Positions 20,964-34,491 are shown, counted from the first letter of the stretch. The stretch: DNA of 64,000 nt from Acidobacteriota bacterium (GCA_965218935.1 CBDCMH010000013.1:12520-76519); one strand, 5' to 3'. Notes: generated from the letters alone by a model not told the origin. A program made the numbers and translations.

Positions 20964-21191
20964 ATGATAGGCCAGACCATTTCCCATTACAGAGTCATCG
21001 TAAAGATCGGCCAAGGCGGGATGGGTGTCGTGTACCGAGCCCAGGACACCAACCTGAGCCGCGAAATGGCTATCAAGGTGCTACCGGAGCAATTCACCCA
21101 AGACCCGCAGCGGCTGGCCAGGTTTGAACGGGAAGCAAAACTCCTGGCCTCACTCAATCACCCCAACATTGCAGCCATCTATAGCCTGGAA
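20964..21191 (+). pseudogene. truncated Ser/Thr protein kinase (N-lobe only)
   Basis: MIGQTISHY, GQGGMGVVY, AIKVL and LNHPNIAAIY, then similarity is lost before HRD/DFG. Confidence 0.85.
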
Positions 21192-21371
21192 GCCTGCCGC
21201 CGAATTGCTGCATCTCAGACCGGACCAAGCTGTGCCGCAGGGCTAGGGGACACTTGTGGCCCTCGGGAGGAAATGTTTCCTCCATCAGGTGTTCCGCTGG
21301 AACATGGCCACACCCTAAATTTCAGATTTTTTGACCGTTTCTGCAAAAGGAGAAGTTCAAGGAGGTGAACT

Positions 21372-22594
21372 ATGTGTCATTTTTTCCGCCTTACAATCAT
21401 GACTGGTCTGAGTGCCCCAGCGAGACTAATGGCCTTCCTTTGTCTCCTGATATTAGCAGGCACATTGGGTTGCACAGATAACGCCGTGGGGCCGGGTGCC
21501 ACCTCGGAGCTGACCGATCAGCCAGCAGACGACCTCTCAGAGGTTGGAAACATTGCTCCTATTCGTGTCATCTATGACCGCTACCCGATGTTTGCGGGCG
21601 TAGCGGTAGATCCGGCCTCCAACAAAGCGATCTTTACCGATGACAACACTTTTAGCGTTTTAGAGTACAACCGTGATACACCGGGTAGCCCCGATCGGAT
21701 CACTGAGTTCACCAACAGGATCGGGGGACCTTCAACCAGGATTCATTCCGCCTGCGGCGTCGCTATCGACCCCGAGAATCAGGAAATCTATGTGCTGAAC
21801 ACCGACGGCTCGGATAACATGGTGGTTTTTGGGTACGGCCAATCGGGAGATACAGCTCCGCTCCGGGAGTTAATAGTGGATCACGGAGGTTGGGGAATGT
21901 TCCTGGACCCCAAGAATCATAACGAGCTGTTCTTCACCATTCAGCACCTCAACAAAATTTCGGTGTATCGGCCCAGCGCGGAAGGAAAGGAGGAACCTCA
22001 TCGCTACATCCAGGGACCGAACACGAAATTGGTGGATCCTCATGGAATTTTCGTGGACAGTGTGAATGATGAGATCGTTGTCAGCAACCATCATTCCGCC
22101 CACCAGATAGAGACGGGAGTGGTAGCAGCAACCCTGAAATTTCGTTATCTGCTTCAATCGACAGGACACTATGAGTTGTCTTCCCTCACGGTGTACTCGC
22201 GGACGGCCGAGGGAGATGCAGCGCCACTGCGCACCATTCAGGGGCCAAAGACAAGGTTGAATCTGCCACTGGGAGTGGTTGTAGACACCGAGAGGGACGT
22301 CATTTTGGTTGCCAACGATCAGACCCATGCTGTCCTGGCTTTCGCTCGGACTGCCCAGGGCAACGTGGAGCCTCTTTATACTATTGAAGGACCCGCCACA
22401 GGGTTGAAGAATCCCGGAGCCTTTTACCTTGACGTGGAAAACGATGAGCTTTGGGTGACCAACTGGGGCGACCACAGCGTGACGATTTTTCCCAGTGATG
22501 CCCGAGGCAATGCGACCCCTTTACGGACCATTCGCACTGCTCCGAAGGGGGAGCCTTTGGCGGGCCTGGGCCGTCCCTCAGCAATAGCTTGGGA
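21372..22594 (+). pseudogene. beta-propeller (NHL-like repeat) lipoprotein, 5' part, interrupted by IS3
   Basis: Lipobox TLGC; repeated IxGPxTxLxxPxGxxVD units; ends at the IS left boundary. Confidence 0.8.
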
Positions 22595-22634
22595 TGTACG
22601 TCTTCAGCGAGAATGGGACATTTGGGGTTCCAAG

Positions 22635-23633
22635 CTAAGAGACAGTGGGAACCGATGCTGATCGGGCTAGTTTAGCATTGATCGCCTGCCGACGGGCAAG
22701 GGTGACTCCTTTCAATCTTCTCCTTTTTGTGTGGATGGAATCTCGTCTTGCGAAGTACATGTCATCGGGTGTGACGTTACCCAGGGCCTCGTGATAGCGC
22801 CTGGAGTTGTAGTAGTCGATAAAGACCGCGATTTCTCGCTCCAACTCCTCGGGTGTCTCCCAGACCATTAGGTTGATGCGTTCCTTGCAGGAACGATGGT
22901 AGCGTTCGATCTTCCCGTTGGTCTGGGGATGATAGGGTGAGGCCAGGATGTGGCCCAGTCCCTTGGTCTCCAGATACTGACCAAAGTCTTTGGAGATCAA
23001 AGCCGGTCCGCGGTCTGTCACCAGCCGGGGCCGATCAGACAACGGAGCCTGTTCCACACCCGTTCTCTCACAAGCCGCCTCGACCACCTGGCTGAAGTCT
23101 CCAGCACGCATGGCCGTGTGAAGTCCCCAGGCCAGGATCCTCCGGCTAAAGTCATCCAGTACTGAGATCAGATAGTACCAGCCCCAGTTCTTGACCAGAA
23201 GATAGGTCGCATCCGTTTGCCACTGCTGGTTGGGTCGGGTCGTCTTGATTCGATATTCCGATTCGGCTGGAAAGCTCCGGAGTTGAACCTCCCGAATCAG
23301 CCCTTCCGCTTTCAAAATCCGGTAGACCGAGGATTCCGAGACCGTAAACCCGCACCTATCCGTCACCTGGCAGCTCACTTCTCGTGAGGACCACTCTGGA
23401 AACAGCAGCGCCATCTCCAGGATTCGGTCCCGTTCTTTGGGCAGGATCTGATTCCAAACCCGTCCTGATCCTGGGGGACGGTCCCGCAAGCCTGCCAACC
23501 CCCTCTTTCGAAAGTGGTGTCTCCAGCGATAGTAGGTCGAGCGGGGGATCTCGAGTTGATCCAGCACCTCCCGGACCGGTAACTCGGAGGCCTCCACTGT
23601 CCTTAAAACTTCCAGCTTGTGCTCGCTGAGCAT
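22635..23633 (-). CDS. IS3 transposase OrfB (DDE)
   Basis: WQTDATY, DDFSR, TDRG and HPQTNGKIER motifs. Confidence 0.9.
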   Translation of the reverse strand: MLSEHKLEVLRTVEASELPVREVLDQLEIPRSTYYRWRHHFRKRGLAGLRDRPPGSGRVWNQILPKERDRILEMALLFPEWSSREVSCQVTDRCGFTVSESSVYRILKAEGLIREVQLRSFPAESEYRIKTTRPNQQWQTDATYLLVKNWGWYYLISVLDDFSRRILAWGLHTAMRAGDFSQVVEAACERTGVEQAPLSDRPRLVTDRGPALISKDFGQYLETKGLGHILASPYHPQTNGKIERYHRSCKERINLMVWETPEELEREIAVFIDYYNSRRYHEALGNVTPDDMYFARRDSIHTKRRRLKGVTLARRQAINAKLARSASVPTVS

Positions 23634-23979
23634 CCTCTGATACCTCCTTCGCCTTACAGGCCCAAACTTTTTTTAGCTTTTGGTTCTCCACTACCGTCTC
23701 GGCCACCGCCTTCTTCAAGGCCTCATTCTCCTCCTTTAAGCGACGCACCTCACCGGAAGTCGCATTCCGTTGGGTCTCCCGGGTTAGACCGTTTTTGCCC
23801 GAATCCAGGAAGGCCTTGGACCACTTGTAGTAGATCGAAGGTTGAATCCCTTCTTTGCGGCACAGTTCGGTGACGGGAATCTCTCCGCGGAGCCCCTCCA
23901 AAACGATGTGGATCTTCTCTTCGGCCGTGAATCTCCGGCGGGTGGCCCTACGGATCTGTTTGACGACGTCTGTGGTCAT
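23356..23979 (-). CDS. IS3 transposase OrfA (HTH + leucine zipper); true end probably near the A-run at about 23670
   Basis: RRRFTAEEKIHIVLEGLRGE...ELCRKEGI...YYKW; A7G run after LKK. Confidence 0.85.
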   Translation of the reverse strand: MTTDVVKQIRRATRRRFTAEEKIHIVLEGLRGEIPVTELCRKEGIQPSIYYKWSKAFLDSGKNGLTRETQRNATSGEVRRLKEENEALKKAVAETVVENQKLKKVWACKAKEVSEDAQRAQAGSFKDSGGLRVTGPGGAGSTRDPPLDLLSLETPLSKEGVGRLAGPSPRIRTGLESDPAQRTGPNPGDGAAVSRVVLTRSELPGDG

Positions 23980-24135
23980 AGCGTTCTCCTTTTGGTTGTG
24001 CCATGACCAGCATCGGCTTGCTCTGATGGGCTGTCAAGATCAGCCCTTTGAGGGGGTGAGATCTCACCCCCTCAAACCTTCCAACTCTCTCTTAACTCTC
24101 GGCCCTATGTGTCCCACTTTCGCTGACGGGATACA

Positions 24136-24601
24136 GCTGAGAGGACCAAAGACGCTGTTGCTTGATCCCTATCGGATCGCGGTAGACGGCGCGAATAATA
24201 TCCTTGTGATTGCCAACCGAGATCCTGCCGGCTTTCTGATTTTCGATCGGGATGCTGAGGGCGACGTGGCTCCTCGGGCTATCATCTCAGGTCCCAGCAC
24301 CGGCATCTATGGCAACCCTCAACAGATCCAAATGGATCCTGAGCGGAAACAATTTATTGCAGCAATTCCGGGGCGCCGACCTCCTGAGGAAGGCGCTGAG
24401 CGCGAACCCGGATTCGTTGGTGCCTGGAACTATACTGACGATGGAGATGTCGCACCGACGCACGTCATCCGAGGGTCCAGGATACAAATGACTTCTCCGC
24501 GAGGACTTGATTTTAACGCCGAAGCGAAAGAACTCTATATTGCGGACTTCGGGCAGAATAAGTTGTACGCTTTCTATGCTCCCCATTTTTTTGAAGAATA
24601 G
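24136..24601 (+). pseudogene. beta-propeller lipoprotein, 3' part
   Basis: LRGPKTLLLDPYRIAVD, IISGPSTGI and IRGSRIQM are the same repeat units as in 21372-22594. Confidence 0.8.
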
Positions 24602-24688
24602 GAGGCTCCGCGTTGCATGACATTGTGATAGGGGAACCCGATGTGTCTGTGAGCCTCCCCACTGTCGGACCGCGAGAAGGTAGGATGC

Positions 24689-24931
24689 CTAGGCTTGGCG
24701 GTTCTGCTTCTGGCTTAACTCAGCGGTTACTTTCTGAATCGCCTGCTGTACGTATCGTTCTGTTAGGACATTAGGCCGCCGGACTTTTCCGCTAGCGTAC
24801 CGGTAGAGAGTGGTGTGCGACGGACCCTCGTGGGCCATCACGCGGTGGAACTCGCGGCACATCCTTTCCCAGCTCCAAGACGTCTTCGCCCTGAGGCGGA
24901 GCAGTCGCTTACTGAGTGTTTCCTCTCTCAT
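24689..24931 (-). CDS. small HTH (XRE-like) DNA-binding protein
   Basis: 80 aa; LRLRAKTSWSWERM...SHTTLYRYASGKVRRP helix-turn-helix-like pattern. Confidence 0.55.
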   Translation of the reverse strand: MREETLSKRLLRLRAKTSWSWERMCREFHRVMAHEGPSHTTLYRYASGKVRRPNVLTERYVQQAIQKVTAELSQKQNRQA

Positions 24932-24932
24932 A

Positions 24933-24948
24933 ATATATATATATATAT
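24933..24948. repeat. (AT)8 dinucleotide tract
   Basis: ATATATATATATATAT one base upstream of the HTH start codon. Confidence 0.9.
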
Positions 24949-25098
24949 GAAAACAAGCTGAAAGTGGTCTTACGGTACCGTCGCCACAGGACTGTTCTGG
25001 GGGGCGTATAGGGTACAGAAAGTGCGGTTTTCTTCCGCGTCTCGCAACTGCAAGTTATTGAAAGTCAGTAGGAACGGGGCTGTTATTATAAAATAGGA

Positions 25099-25305
25099 TC
25101 AGGTTACTGGCCTCGGAAAGGGCCGGCGTTTCTTGCGCGCACGCTTTCTTGCCAGCGCTTGTTTCAATCGGCGCTTTTCTCCAGGTTTCAGGTAAAAGGC
25201 ATGCCTCTTGGCATCTCTGATGATGTCTTCGTGCTGCACCTTTCTCTTGAAACGCCGGAGTGCGCTCTCAAGGGACTCACCGTCTTGTACAAAAACTTCA
25301 GCCAA
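25099..25305 (-). CDS. rpsU: 30S ribosomal protein S21
   Basis: ESLESALRRFKRKV...FYLKPGEKRR. Confidence 0.95.
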   Translation of the reverse strand: MAEVFVQDGESLESALRRFKRKVQHEDIIRDAKRHAFYLKPGEKRRLKQALARKRARKKRRPFPRPVT

Positions 25306-25331
25306 CTCTTTTCACTCTCCTTGCAGGGGGA

Positions 25332-25361
25332 ACTATAAGGGACGCTTTCTTGCTCTGTCAA
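25332..25361 (-). promoter_or_regulatory. sigma70 promoter of rpsU (TTGACA-N18-TATAGT)
   Basis: Near-consensus hexamers upstream of rpsU. Confidence 0.65.
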
Positions 25362-25363
25362 GG

Positions 25364-25484
25364 TAGCCCGGTTTATGCATAGGTTCTTGTAACGAAGCGA
25401 CGAAAACCACGTCCTGACAAGGCGCACGACGGAAGGCACCCGCAAACGTACTAGCAGTAGAGAATCTATGCATAAGCCGGGCTA
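25364..25484. repeat. MITE/REP-like family A copy
   Basis: TAGCCCGGTTTATGCATAG...CTATGCATAAGCCGGGCTA. Confidence 0.88.
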
Positions 25485-25497
25485 ACCCTATTGCGGA

Positions 25498-26325
25498 TCA
25501 ACGGCCAGCAAAGCGTTGTGGGTCATAAACTCTCGCCTTGTTCTCCAGACGCTTGAGCAGATCTTCCTTTTCTTTGGTAGGGTATTCGGAAGTTGGAATG
25601 CTCTCGGCGACCTCGATAGCCTTCGCCAACTCGCCCAAAAACTCATAACTTTCAATGAGTCCCAACCGCGCTGTGCGGCGACAATCATCGCATTCCGGCC
25701 CTTCTAACACCTGATTGAAGTAATCCACCGACTCTTCAAACTGGTTTTGAATCTGGAGGATAATTCCCGCTTGAGCTCGAGCCCTTGCCGCCAGCGGATC
25801 ATTGCTTCCATCCTCCATCAACAGCTGAAACTTTTGAAAGGCCTCATCAAATTGGTTCATTTTGAAATGTGCGCCTCCCATCTCAAAATAGACCTGGCGG
25901 CGAACCTCCAGCGGCACATCAAGGGCAAGAATCTGACTCCAATAATCGATGGCCTGAGGTAAATCGGTCAGTTCTAATTCATGAATCTCGGCTAGCCTTA
26001 GATAGGCCTGAGGAGTCAAGGAGCTGTCCGGATATTGGGTCACAAGCTCACGAAAGTAGTGCAGGGCAAGATCAACATTATAAAAATTGATGTAATAGAT
26101 GGTCCCGACTTCGAACAGGGCATCGTCTGCATACCGGCTTTTGGGGTAATTCTTATAGACGGATTCATAGATCTCGATGGCCCCCATGTAGTTGGTTTCA
26201 CGCCACTGCCGCTGGGCACGAAGAGCTTGTACTCGTGCTTCATTTTCCGTCTCAACGTAGAGCCAGACGGCACCGGAGAAAAGCAGAAAAGGGATAGGGA
26301 GAATCCATTGAAGTCTACTGTTCAT
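25498..26325 (-). CDS. membrane-anchored TPR protein
   Basis: N-terminal TM segment; [11 protein letters not shown] and [10 protein letters not shown] BamD/YfiO-like TPR motifs. Confidence 0.8.
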   Translation of the reverse strand: MNSRLQWILPIPFLLFSGAVWLYVETENEARVQALRAQRQWRETNYMGAIEIYESVYKNYPKSRYADDALFEVGTIYYINFYNVDLALHYFRELVTQYPDSSLTPQAYLRLAEIHELELTDLPQAIDYWSQILALDVPLEVRRQVYFEMGGAHFKMNQFDEAFQKFQLLMEDGSNDPLAARARAQAGIILQIQNQFEESVDYFNQVLEGPECDDCRRTARLGLIESYEFLGELAKAIEVAESIPTSEYPTKEKEDLLKRLENKARVYDPQRFAGR

Positions 26326-28771
26326 CGAGCCCCTGATCTTTCTCCTGCGGCACCCGAGTCACAGCAGCTACCTCGTCTTCATCCCCGAGATCTATAAGCT
26401 TAACACCCTGTGCCCCGCGAGAGATGGTCTGGCGAATACGCCCCGCCTGTTGTCGAATAATCTTTCCCTTCGCAGTAATGATAATGATTTCATCATCATC
26501 CTTTACGGAGAAGGCAGCAACTACGTGGCCGTTTCTTTTCGTCGTCTTAATGTTGATGACTCCCTGGCCTCCTCGTCCCTGCCGCCGGTATTCACTCACC
26601 AGGGTACGCTTACCATAACCGTTTTCGGTTACAGCCAGGATCGCTTCCGAGTCCTCGCCAATGATATCCATACCGACTAGAACATCCTCTCCCTTGAGAG
26701 TCATCCCTTTGACGCCCCGAGCCGTGCGGCCCATATTGCGAATCCCTTTTTCCGAAAAGCGAATGGCGTTCCCATTACGAGAACAGAGATGAATGTCGTT
26801 GTTCCCGGCCGTGGTTCCCACCCCAATCAACTCGTCTCCTTCATCCACTGCGCAAGCAATAATCCCTGTAGAGCGGGGGTTAGAAAAAGCACTCAGGGCA
26901 GTCTTCTTCATGTAACCCTTGCGAGAAACCATGGCGATAAAACCGGGAGTCGAGAAATCCTGGACTGCGATCATGCCGGCAACCCTTTCTCCCCGGGCCA
27001 GATTGATCAGATTGCCCACCGGCTTCCCGCGACCCGCCGAGCCCACTTCCGGAATCTCGTAGACCTTGAGCCAATGTACTTTCCCCTTGTCGCTGAAGAC
27101 GAGGATATAGCTGTGAGTGGAGGCAACGAACAGGTAATCGACCACATCTTCTTCGGTCCGAGTGGACATGCCGATACGCCCCTTGCCCCCTCTCCGCTGA
27201 CTCTTATAGATGTGCAAGGCTGTTCTTTTGATATATCCGTTGTGGGTCGCTGTAATGACGGTAGATTCTTCGGCGATCAGATCCTCCATCGTCAGCTCTA
27301 CCTCTTCATCAACGATCACGGTCCGGCGGGGATTCTGGTAATTCTTCTGAATTTCGATCAATTCATCTTTGATGACCTGCTTCAGGGTCTTCTCGCTGCC
27401 CAGGATCTTCTCTAACTCGGCGATCTTCTTGAGGATCTCCTCGTACTCCTCGAGAATCTTGCCCCGCTCCAGCCCTGTCAGACGCTGCAGCCTCATGTCC
27501 AAAATAGCCTGAGCCTGGATCTCGGTGAGCTCAAACTGGACGGAGAGTTGCCCCTTGGCTTCGGCCGGGGATTTGGCCTTTCGAATCAAGGTAATCACCG
27601 CATCGAGGTGATCCAATGCCTTCTTGAGACCCTCCAAAATATGGGCCCGTTTTTGCGCTTTTCCGAGATCATAGATAGTCCGGCATCGGACAACCTCCAT
27701 GCGGTGGTCCAAGAACAGGTTAATGATCTCCGCCAACCTCAGTACGCGCGGTTGTCCGTCCACAAGCGCCAACAAGATGACACCAAAGGAAGTCTGCATT
27801 GGGGTCAACTTATACAGTTTGTTGAGAACGATCTGTGGTTGCTCTCCTCTTTTGAGCTCAATCACCACGCGCATCCCTTCTCGATCGGATTCGTCACGAA
27901 GGTCGCTGATCCCGTCAAGTCTCTTGGAATGAACCAGGTGGGCAATCTTCTCCACCAACTTGGCCTTATTCACCTGGTAGGGGATGGCGTGAATAATGAT
28001 GGCATCACGGTCCTTCTCCACCTTCTCCATGGAGGCGCGAGCTCGAAGCTTTATGATTCCCCGCCCGGTCTTGTAGGCCTGACGGATACCCTCACGGCCG
28101 TAAATAAAGGCTCCCGTGGGAAAATCTGGTCCCGGAACCAGTTCCATGAGCTCAGCCGGCGAAGCGTCGGCGCGATCGATCAATAAGAGGGCCGCGTCGA
28201 CGATCTCACCGAGATTGTGGGGTGGAATGTTGGTGGCCATGCCCACTGCGATGCCTGAGGTCCCATTCACAATGAGATTGGGAATCCTGGCGGGTAACAC
28301 CATCGGTTCGGTCAGTGAATCGTCATAGTTGGCTTGAAACTCAACCGTTTCCCGGTCAATATCCGCCAGCAGCTCTTCCGCAATCCGCGACATGCGGATT
28401 TCCGTGTAACGCATGGCTGCCGGTGAATCACCATCAACGGATCCAAAATTCCCCTGCCCATCAATCAGAGGTTCACGCATGGAGAAATGCTGAGCCATTC
28501 GCACGATCGTGTCATAGACGGCGGTATCGCCATGGGGGTGGTATTTACCGATGACGTCGCCAACCACGCGGGCCGATTTCTTATAAGGCTTGTTGTGGGC
28601 ATTCCCCAACTCATTCATCGCGTGGAGAACACGCCGGTGAACGGGTTTTAATCCGTCGCGAACGTCCGGCAACGCCCGTCCGACAATCACGGACATGGCA
28701 TAGTCCATGTAGGACGCCTTCATCTCTTCTTCGATGTTGACAGGGATTTCCCGGCCGCGATGTTCACCCAT
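26315..28771 (-). CDS. gyrA: DNA gyrase subunit A
   Basis: [25 protein letters not shown] and GyrA-box QRRGGKG. Confidence 0.98.
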   Translation of the reverse strand: MGEHRGREIPVNIEEEMKASYMDYAMSVIVGRALPDVRDGLKPVHRRVLHAMNELGNAHNKPYKKSARVVGDVIGKYHPHGDTAVYDTIVRMAQHFSMREPLIDGQGNFGSVDGDSPAAMRYTEIRMSRIAEELLADIDRETVEFQANYDDSLTEPMVLPARIPNLIVNGTSGIAVGMATNIPPHNLGEIVDAALLLIDRADASPAELMELVPGPDFPTGAFIYGREGIRQAYKTGRGIIKLRARASMEKVEKDRDAIIIHAIPYQVNKAKLVEKIAHLVHSKRLDGISDLRDESDREGMRVVIELKRGEQPQIVLNKLYKLTPMQTSFGVILLALVDGQPRVLRLAEIINLFLDHRMEVVRCRTIYDLGKAQKRAHILEGLKKALDHLDAVITLIRKAKSPAEAKGQLSVQFELTEIQAQAILDMRLQRLTGLERGKILEEYEEILKKIAELEKILGSEKTLKQVIKDELIEIQKNYQNPRRTVIVDEEVELTMEDLIAEESTVITATHNGYIKRTALHIYKSQRRGGKGRIGMSTRTEEDVVDYLFVASTHSYILVFSDKGKVHWLKVYEIPEVGSAGRGKPVGNLINLARGERVAGMIAVQDFSTPGFIAMVSRKGYMKKTALSAFSNPRSTGIIACAVDEGDELIGVGTTAGNNDIHLCSRNGNAIRFSEKGIRNMGRTARGVKGMTLKGEDVLVGMDIIGEDSEAILAVTENGYGKRTLVSEYRRQGRGGQGVINIKTTKRNGHVVAAFSVKDDDEIIIITAKGKIIRQQAGRIRQTISRGAQGVKLIDLGDEDEVAAVTRVPQEKDQGLDEQ

Positions 28772-28787
28772 TTCTTCTTTCTCCTTC

Positions 28788-29064
28788 TAGTGTCTCGTCC
28801 CAGGAATACAATGACGTTTGTGGCGAGCGCGACGGCGTCGAGTTCGCGAAGCAACGACGACGTGATGTCTGTGTGCATCGCGGAGAAGGAGCGACAAAGA
28901 AATCGATGCCGTCCCGCCGCCGCCCTTCGGGCTAATGGGGGTTGCGGGAGATCTCTGTGTCTCTCGTCGTCGCCGATGTCCCTGCATCACCTCCTCCTCG
29001 CTCCTTGATCTTCCCTCCCAAGCCCCATCAGCAAACGTCATGGTATTCATGGGACGAGATACTA
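28788..29064. repeat. MITE-like family B, longest copy
   Basis: TAGTGTCTCGTCCCAGGAATACAATGACGTTTG...CAAACGTCATGGTATTCATGGGACGAGATACTA; lies between gyrB and gyrA. Confidence 0.88.
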
Positions 29065-29097
29065 TAGCCCGGATGATGCATAGAGAGTTCGGGCTAG
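29065..29097. repeat. family A remnant
   Basis: TAGCCCGGATGATGCATAG...CGGGCTAG adjacent to the family B copy. Confidence 0.75.
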
Positions 29098-29104
29098 TAG
29101 CGGG

Positions 29105-31543
<2,439 letters not shown>

Positions 31544-31777
31544 TCAGCCCCTCGTAAGCTGCTCTCATTATAGCATATGACCTCTGTTGACTCCCGGTAC
31601 ATATTGAATATGTTGCGTAAATGGATAAGCCTAACTACTCTATATTGTGGTAGGCGCTCTTTTTCTGGACCCGGGTCCGTAGGGTCCACCCGAAGCCCGC
31701 TGAGAGGGGTGAATCGGGCCGCCCCATGGGGTGTTTTTAGGTGGGTGCTAAGAGGCTTCTTAGCCCGGATTCTCACA

Positions 31778-32884
31778 CTAAAGCTTCATGGGCATCAGCA
31801 CGTATTGGTGAAGGTAATCCCCTTTTGGCTTGGGTTTCAAAAGGCCCTGGGTCTCCTCATCGCGGAGCTCAAGCGTAATCTCTTCACTCTCCAATCCCGA
31901 GAGAAAATCGAGCAGATATTGGGCATTAAATCCAATCCCCACCGATTCCCCTTTGTAGATGGCAGGCAGGCTCTCCTTTGCTTCCCCGACCTCTGCCCCA
32001 CTGGAATGAATGTCCAGTTGGTTCTCTTTGACCGACAGACGGACTGCGTGTGATTCTTCATCGGCCATAACGGACACCCGCTTGAGGGCATCAGCGAACT
32101 CACGGGTCTTCAATACGACTTGCTTGTCATTCTCCTGGGGGATGACCATATCGTAGTTCGGAAATTGTCCCGTCAGTAAGCGCGAAACCAGCAGTCTTTC
32201 GCCAACCCTGAAAAAAAGGTGATTTTCGCTGCTTCCAAATTCAATGCTGGGAACATCCTCCGCCGTCAATTTGCTCAGCTCTGTGAGGGTCTTCTTGGGA
32301 ATCAGAACCTTCTTTTCTTCTTCCAGCCCCGCAATTTCCACTTTGCGCGAGACGAAAACCAGCCGATGCCCATCTGTGGACACCAGAGTGATGTGTCCCG
32401 GGTTAAGGATCATTAAGGCCCCATTCAGGGTGTAGCGGGATTCTTCCTGGGTAATCGCAAAAATGCAGCTTGCGCTCATGTAGTGGAGGGGCCGAGCGGG
32501 TAAAGCAATGGACTTGGTGTCCACGGAAGGAATTTCTGGAAAATTGTCCTTGGCCAGACTTGCGATCTTGAATCTGGACCTCTCGCATGTCACCTGAATC
32601 CAGTTTTGGCCGTCGCTCTTGAAATGAATATCTGCTTCTGGGAGAAACCGAACGATGTCAAACAGCTTGCGGGCAGAAACAGCCAGCGCTCCTGCCACTT
32701 TGATTTTGGCGGGACAGGTGCACTGAACCGTAACATCCAGATCCGTTGCGGTCACCACTAAGGTATTGGCCGTCGTTTCCAGCAAAAGATTGGAAAGAAT
32801 AGGAACGGTGGTCTTTCTCTCTACGCCCCCTTGTGCATACTGGAGTTCCCGAAACAACTCCGCTTTCTTCACCACAAAATCCAC
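31778..32884 (-). CDS. dnaN: DNA polymerase III beta clamp
   Basis: TVPILSN, ATDLD, STDGHRL, GFNAQYL and LMPMK motifs; probable GTG start. Confidence 0.96.
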   Translation of the reverse strand: MDFVVKKAELFRELQYAQGGVERKTTVPILSNLLLETTANTLVVTATDLDVTVQCTCPAKIKVAGALAVSARKLFDIVRFLPEADIHFKSDGQNWIQVTCERSRFKIASLAKDNFPEIPSVDTKSIALPARPLHYMSASCIFAITQEESRYTLNGALMILNPGHITLVSTDGHRLVFVSRKVEIAGLEEEKKVLIPKKTLTELSKLTAEDVPSIEFGSSENHLFFRVGERLLVSRLLTGQFPNYDMVIPQENDKQVVLKTREFADALKRVSVMADEESHAVRLSVKENQLDIHSSGAEVGEAKESLPAIYKGESVGIGFNAQYLLDFLSGLESEEITLELRDEETQGLLKPKPKGDYLHQYVLMPMKL

Positions 32885-32916
32885 AGTAATCTCACTTCCT
32901 TTCTGCAATCATCCGC

Positions 32917-34245
32917 TCATCGGATTGTGTTCACCAGCTTGCTTAACGTGCTCTCGAACTTGGGATCCTTGTTGCGCTTACCCTCGATCTTACGGATCGA
33001 GTGAAGAACCGTTGTATGGTGTTTCCCCCCGAACTCCTTGCCGATCTGAGGCAACGAACTCTCGGTCAGTTCCCGGCACAAAAACATGGCCATTTGACGG
33101 GGCTCAGCAACCCGCCGAGAATTATTCTTCGCCTTGAGTTCCGCAACTTTCAAGGAGTAGTGATCGGCTACCACCTTCTGAATACCCTCGATGGAGATCA
33201 CACGAGTATTGTTTTCGGCCAGGTTCTTGAGAACCTCCTGGGCCAGGGAAAGAGTGATCCTCTCTCCGGTCAAGCTGCTGTAAGCCACCAGCCTTACCAG
33301 GGAACCTTCCAATTCTCGAACATTCGATTTTACGTTCTTGGCGATGAAATAAACCACATCATCAGCCAGGCTCACATTTTCGAATTCCGCCTTCTTGCGC
33401 AGTATGGCAACTTTTGTCTCTACATCGGGAGGTTGCATATCCGCGATCAAACCCCATTCAAAACGACTGTGCAGCCGTTCCTCCAAAGTGGGGATCTCTC
33501 TGGGTGGACAATCGCTGGTCATGACAATCTGCTTCTGAGAATCATATAAGGCGTTGAAGGTATGAAAGAACTCCTCCTGGGTTCGCTCTTTGCCCGCCAG
33601 AAATTGAATGTCATCGATCAAAAGCACATCGATATTACGATACTTGTCTCTGAATTGGATGGTTTTATCGTAGCGGATGGCGTTGATCAACTCATTCATA
33701 AAATGCTCAGAGGAGATATACATGAGCCGAGTCTGTGGAGCTTGAGCCTTAATGCAATGCCCCATAGCGTGCATCAGGTGAGTTTTTCCCAATCCCACGG
33801 CTCCATAAATGAAAAAGGGGTTGTAGGCCTTGGCAGGTTGCTCCGCCACAGCAACCGCAGCCAGATGGGCAAACTTATTGCAAAACCCCACCACAAAACG
33901 ACTGAAGGTGTACTTACTATTGAGGCGCCAGTGGGCGGCATCCGGACAAGGTTCTTTGAGGGCCGCTGCAAAGCGGGTTTCACTCACTCCCTGTTCCCCT
34001 GAATCGTCGTCGGCCACGAAGGAAACCCTGAAGTCCTCAAGTTTCAGTTCAGACAGCGACGCCTGAATGACTTCCAAGTAATTCTCCGCGAGCCAATATT
34101 TGAAGTGTTTATTGGGGACCTGAACAAAAAGTCTCTTCTTGCCAAGATCCTCTCTCTGGAGAACGGTAGGCTTAAACCATATGTCAAAGTTCTGATGAGA
34201 AACTCGCTTTTCAATACACGACAGAACACTCTCCCAGAGCTCCAT
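32917..34245 (-). CDS. dnaA: chromosomal replication initiator
   Basis: [27 protein letters not shown] and HTTVLHS motifs; RBS AGGGGG before ATG 34245. Confidence 0.98.
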   Translation of the reverse strand: MELWESVLSCIEKRVSHQNFDIWFKPTVLQREDLGKKRLFVQVPNKHFKYWLAENYLEVIQASLSELKLEDFRVSFVADDDSGEQGVSETRFAAALKEPCPDAAHWRLNSKYTFSRFVVGFCNKFAHLAAVAVAEQPAKAYNPFFIYGAVGLGKTHLMHAMGHCIKAQAPQTRLMYISSEHFMNELINAIRYDKTIQFRDKYRNIDVLLIDDIQFLAGKERTQEEFFHTFNALYDSQKQIVMTSDCPPREIPTLEERLHSRFEWGLIADMQPPDVETKVAILRKKAEFENVSLADDVVYFIAKNVKSNVRELEGSLVRLVAYSSLTGERITLSLAQEVLKNLAENNTRVISIEGIQKVVADHYSLKVAELKAKNNSRRVAEPRQMAMFLCRELTESSLPQIGKEFGGKHHTTVLHSIRKIEGKRNKDPKFESTLSKLVNTIR

Positions 34246-34304
34246 AGTTCTCCCCCTGTTCCCAAATCCAGGCAAATCCCCTGCAAACTGGACCCCTTTG
34301 GACC

Positions 34305-34444
34305 TAGCCCGGATGATGCATAGATTCTCTACCGCAGCGACGAAATCATCCGCCCCCGGCCCGTGTATAAGAGTTCGGGGACAGGCCCCGAATTCGGGGA
34401 GAATACCTGGGCCTGTCCCCGAACTCTATGCACACTCCGAGCTA
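34305..34444. repeat. family A copy with nested family C palindrome (34370-34427)
   Basis: TAGCCCGGATGATGCATAG...TATGCACACTCCGAGCTA enclosing AGAGTTCGGGGACAGGCCC...GGGCCTGTCCCCGAACTCT. Confidence 0.8.
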
Positions 34445-34459
34445 GTGGAGCCCGCATCA

Positions 34460-34491
34460 ATTCCCACAACAATTTCCACAGATGTGGAAAA
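34460..34491. promoter_or_regulatory. three DnaA-box-like sites upstream of dnaA
   Basis: ATTCCCACA (34460), ATTTCCACA (34472) and TGTGGAAAA (34483). Confidence 0.65.

Larger units (their letters stand above)
22595..24135 (-). mobile_element. IS3-family insertion sequence
   Basis: Imperfect TIRs TGTACGTCTTCAGCGAGAATGGGACA / TGTATCCCGTCAGCGAAAGTGGGACA; orfA plus orfB; no target duplication visible. Confidence 0.9.

Noticed and set aside
24049-24074. Perfect palindrome TGAGGGGGTGAGATCTCACCCCCTCA
   Set aside because: It lies inside the IS3 left end and is probably an IS regulatory hairpin; no other copy in the window.
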